A stretch of 64,000 nt of DNA from Rebecca billardiae RCC1528 (taxonomy: Eukaryota; Protista; Haptophyta): the NCBI GenBank assembly GCA_965240325.2, contig OZ251226.1:1550001-1614000 (forward strand). Reading direction: 5' to 3'. A model generated the notes under the pieces. That model had not been told where the DNA came from. It was given only the letters and a program-made list of their open reading frames with translations, and did no database searches. Below are positions 60,945 through 64,000 of the stretch, one piece after another (the stretch's first letter is position 1; the number at the start of each line of letters is the position of its first letter). The position numbers were made by a program, and so were the translations under genes.

Positions 60945-61124
60945 CGCGCCGGTCCGTGGCCGCTGCCCTCCACGCCGGCCGTGAGAGAGCCGACCCCCTC
61001 GCCCGCCAGCGGCGTTCCGCGCGGCAGTTCTGCTGCTGGGTTTCCAGGTTATTCAAAATGGGTGGCTGGTCAGGAGCGCGCAGACGCTTGTTGTCCGGAG
61101 ATTCCTCCCGGGCCTCTTGGCACG

Positions 61125-62057
61125 ATGGCGGCATCACCCAGCACAAGGCGGACAATGCTCCCGGAGGCGCAGGAGGAGTGCGCGGACGAAGTCATGTGTC
61201 GATTCTGTCTGGGTGATGACGCTGCTCTGGGCGAGATGATATCCCCATGTCTCTGTACTGGCACTTCGCGCCTCGTGCACCGCAGCTGCCTGAACGAGTG
61301 GCGCGCGCAAGAGGCCGTGCCGCGCGCGTTCACGCACTGCCCGACGTGCGCCTTTCAATACGTCGTCGATGCGGTCCAGGTGCCTCGACACCAAGCGTGC
61401 CGACAGCTCTGGATATTCCGCCTGCTTGTTGCGCGCGACTTGGGTGCGTTTTTCTTGCTCGCGCAGCTCGTGATCGCGGCTGTCGCGCGGCTGATTCACG
61501 TCCTGGACTCAGCCGGGCGCATCAAAGCGCTCTACCCTCCGGACTGGGCCGCGCGGCACAGCGCCTCGCTCGCGATTGGCCCGTACTATGTATCCGGCGC
61601 CGTCATCGTGTTCGCCGTCATCGGCCTCGCCGGCCTCGTGCACGAGTGCTCGACGAGCGCGACGCGCGCGCGGCACCGTCGGCGCTGCGACTGCGCGCTG
61701 GACCCGTGTGCGCTCGCGTGCGACGGCTGCGACTGCGAGCCGTGCGGGTGCTGCTGCGAGCCCGTTGCTGTTGATGCGAGCGCGCTCCCGGTGTACGCGA
61801 CGGTCCTCCTCCTCCTCCTCCTCCTCCTCGCCGCTGTCGGCATCGTCGCCTCCGTGTTCTTCTCCACAGTGGTCCTGCAGCGCGCAGCCGAGCGGCACGT
61901 GCACGTGATCGAGCGGCGGCGGGAGGCGGACTTGCTGGTCGTGCGCGACGTGGGCACGCAGCCCGAGCTGCTGCGCGCACTCGCGCAGTCTGCGCGCACG
62001 GCGCGCACATCACCGATGTCGGCCGTGCCGCCGGATGCCAGCCTGCTGCCGGCCTGA
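61125..62057 (+). CDS. RING-CH (RINGv/MARCH-type) E3 ubiquitin ligase with TM helices and a Cys-rich loop
   Basis: CRFC...SPCLCTGTSRLVHRSCLNEWR...CPTC (C4HC3), followed by three hydrophobic segments. Confidence 0.9.
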   Translation: MAASPSTRRTMLPEAQEECADEVMCRFCLGDDAALGEMISPCLCTGTSRLVHRSCLNEWRAQEAVPRAFTHCPTCAFQYVVDAVQVPRHQACRQLWIFRLLVARDLGAFFLLAQLVIAAVARLIHVLDSAGRIKALYPPDWAARHSASLAIGPYYVSGAVIVFAVIGLAGLVHECSTSATRARHRRRCDCALDPCALACDGCDCEPCGCCCEPVAVDASALPVYATVLLLLLLLLAAVGIVASVFFSTVVLQRAAERHVHVIERRREADLLVVRDVGTQPELLRALAQSARTARTSPMSAVPPDASLLPA

Positions 62058-62714
62058 CAATGCTGATGCTGGCGCAGCGAGCACACTGCCAGACGAATTC
62101 GGGTGATATACCGCCTCTGCAGATGATGAACGCTGTTTTCAAATACAGCTCCAGCTCCGGCTCGTCGCCATCGCAGCTCGAGCTCCCCGGCCGACCGGAC
62201 TACAATTCCGGCCGCCCTGCGGGAGCCCGAGCTGCGTGGCGAGGAGCCGGAGCATGGAGCTGACCCCGCGGCCGCCACGTGGGTAGCCGGAGGATTTGCA
62301 AGGATAACAAGGTGGTCACCGTAGGCCCATCAGGCACCCACGGCGCCGGGACACCTCGTGCACCTGCGGCAAGCGGCGTGGCAAGCGTGCCCGGCGGCTT
62401 CGCCGTCACGGTCGGTCAGGTCGGGCGACTCGGTCGCCTCGGGTTGCAGAGCGGCAGGCAGGCTTGCGCAGTTGCAGTCGTTCGGCTGGCGGCATTGACT
62501 GGGCGCGCGGGACGCACGGGATCGTCGGCGCGTCTCGCCGCGCGCGCCCGCCTGGCGCGACACTGGCGGCGGGCGTGTTGCGGCCGGCAGACACGCGCGC
62601 GCCTGGCCATCATTCGCCCTTTTTTGGCGCGGGCGTCATCCTTCGGCGATCAGCCCCGGCGCGGGGATGAGCCTCGGTGAAGTTGGCGAATAAATTGTGT
62701 GTGCGCCGGTTTTT

Positions 62715-64000
62715 TTAGATTGTAAAGTAAATCTCACCTGTCCCGTGTCCGTGGCCATCGGCCGGCAGCGTGACACAAACCGCATCATTGGCTGTGGGAC
62801 TGTGTGCACGCAACTTGCTACTCAGCAGCGCGCGGGGCGGCGTGGCGTGACACACCAACGCCGCGATGTGATGCGCCCGCACGATCATGACGTGGGTGCC
62901 TGGGTCCTGGCCGGCGTGCAGCGTGTCGAGCACACGGTCGGCAGCGCAGCCGTGTGCTCGTCGACGCCATGGCCCATGGCGCACGCAACGAAGGGCGTCG
63001 GCCATGGCATCGACACCGAGCTTGGACGAGAGCGCCGGGGCGTCGTCAGGAGTCGCACCGGCGAGTGCTTCGGCGCCATGCTTGTGGTACGTCGGCCTGA
63101 AGTACTGCATGACGTCGTGCAGCTTGGGCTCCTCCGCCACACGCCCCGTGTGTGGAAGCGAGGGCATGTCATCACGCGGCACGAACTTGTCGCGCATGCA
63201 CTGCGCGTAGCCGACGCTCAGATGGCCGTGCGCGTCGACGCCGCTGTCGCGCATGTGCTCGTACGGCAGCGCGTTCACCCTGAAGTCCGCCGCGCGCAGC
63301 GCGGCGACGGAGCACAGCAGCTCGTCAGGCGCGTGGTGTGTGCAGAGGTCGACGACGCTGCAGTGCCCGCCTGGCCCATGAAGCCGACGTGAGCGGGGTC
63401 GTAGCGCATGCGCCGGGGCAGCTCACCGGTGGCACCGAAGCGGCGGGCCTCCTCCAGATCGAGATCTTCGATGTCGCCGAACGGGCGCAGGAACGCAGGG
63501 CGCCACGAATGTGCAGCCGGCTCGAGGGCAGCAAGCTCAGGCTGCAGGCGGCGCTCCTCCACGCTGCACAGCACCGAGCACACGAACAGCAGGTCGGCGG
63601 CGCGCGCCCGATGCGCGTTGATGATGGCGATGGCCTCGAGACGCAACTCTTGGCCGCCCTGCGAGTAGCGTGGGACGAGTTGCCCGTCCGCGGCGCTCGA
63701 ACATGAGCACGAGCGTCGTCACATTCATGGCGTTGACCTTGACCTTGCCGCGGCGATCGGCGAAGGTGAGGTTGAGCTTGCCGAAGCCGTACGTGTTCAA
63801 ACTCGCGCGCTTGAGCACGAACGCGTCCCACCAGCGCGCGGCTTTCTCCGGAGTGAGCTCGACGCCGCCCGTGAATGTTGAGGTAATGCTACTCCTCATG
63901 GTCCTTCCACGTGTAGGCCACCTGGTCGCCGAACATGGCGTCGTCAGCGGCGTGTGCGTCGGGCATGGCCTCGGGGCGCACGGTGCGCGAGATGCTCTCG
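62715..64000 (-). other. Unresolved coding-like region: overlapping minus-strand ORF fragments in different frames, running off the window end
   Basis: ORFs 63537..63899, 63275..63646 and 62715..63278 each have protein-like stretches, but I could not join them with confident splice sites. Confidence 0.3.

Noticed and set aside
59352-61124. N-terminal 591 aa of the 901-aa ORF upstream of the RING-CH domain
   Set aside because: Largely an antisense shadow of the Orai-like gene; the plausible start is ATG 61125.

Overview
A GC-rich, gene-dense eukaryotic window with short (94-118 bp) GT-AG introns. The OTC gene has a signal-plus-transit N-terminus, which points to an alga with a secondary plastid; a haptophyte is plausible but is inference. 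About 70% of the window is one minus-strand gene (47291 to 3312, 5 predicted exons, about 14,518 aa). It encodes two complete plant SKOR/GORK-like channel modules (6TM + pore + cNMP-binding-homology domain + ankyrin repeats). Between them lie 19 tandem LOV-RGS-LOV units, giving 38 flavin-binding LOV domains that all keep the photoactive NCRFLQ cysteine and 19 shortened RGS-like domains. The array resembles a massively expanded helmchrome-type RGS/LOV photoreceptor fused inside a tandem K+-channel-family protein, making it a candidate natural blue-light-regulated ion channel. The rest of the window holds ornithine carbamoyltransferase, an IQ+PX protein, a degenerate kinesin-14-like protein, GPATCH3, an EamA/DMT transporter, an Orai-like 4TM protein, a RING-CH E3 ligase and several uncertain small ORFs. 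All domain calls come from reading motifs by eye; no searches were run.
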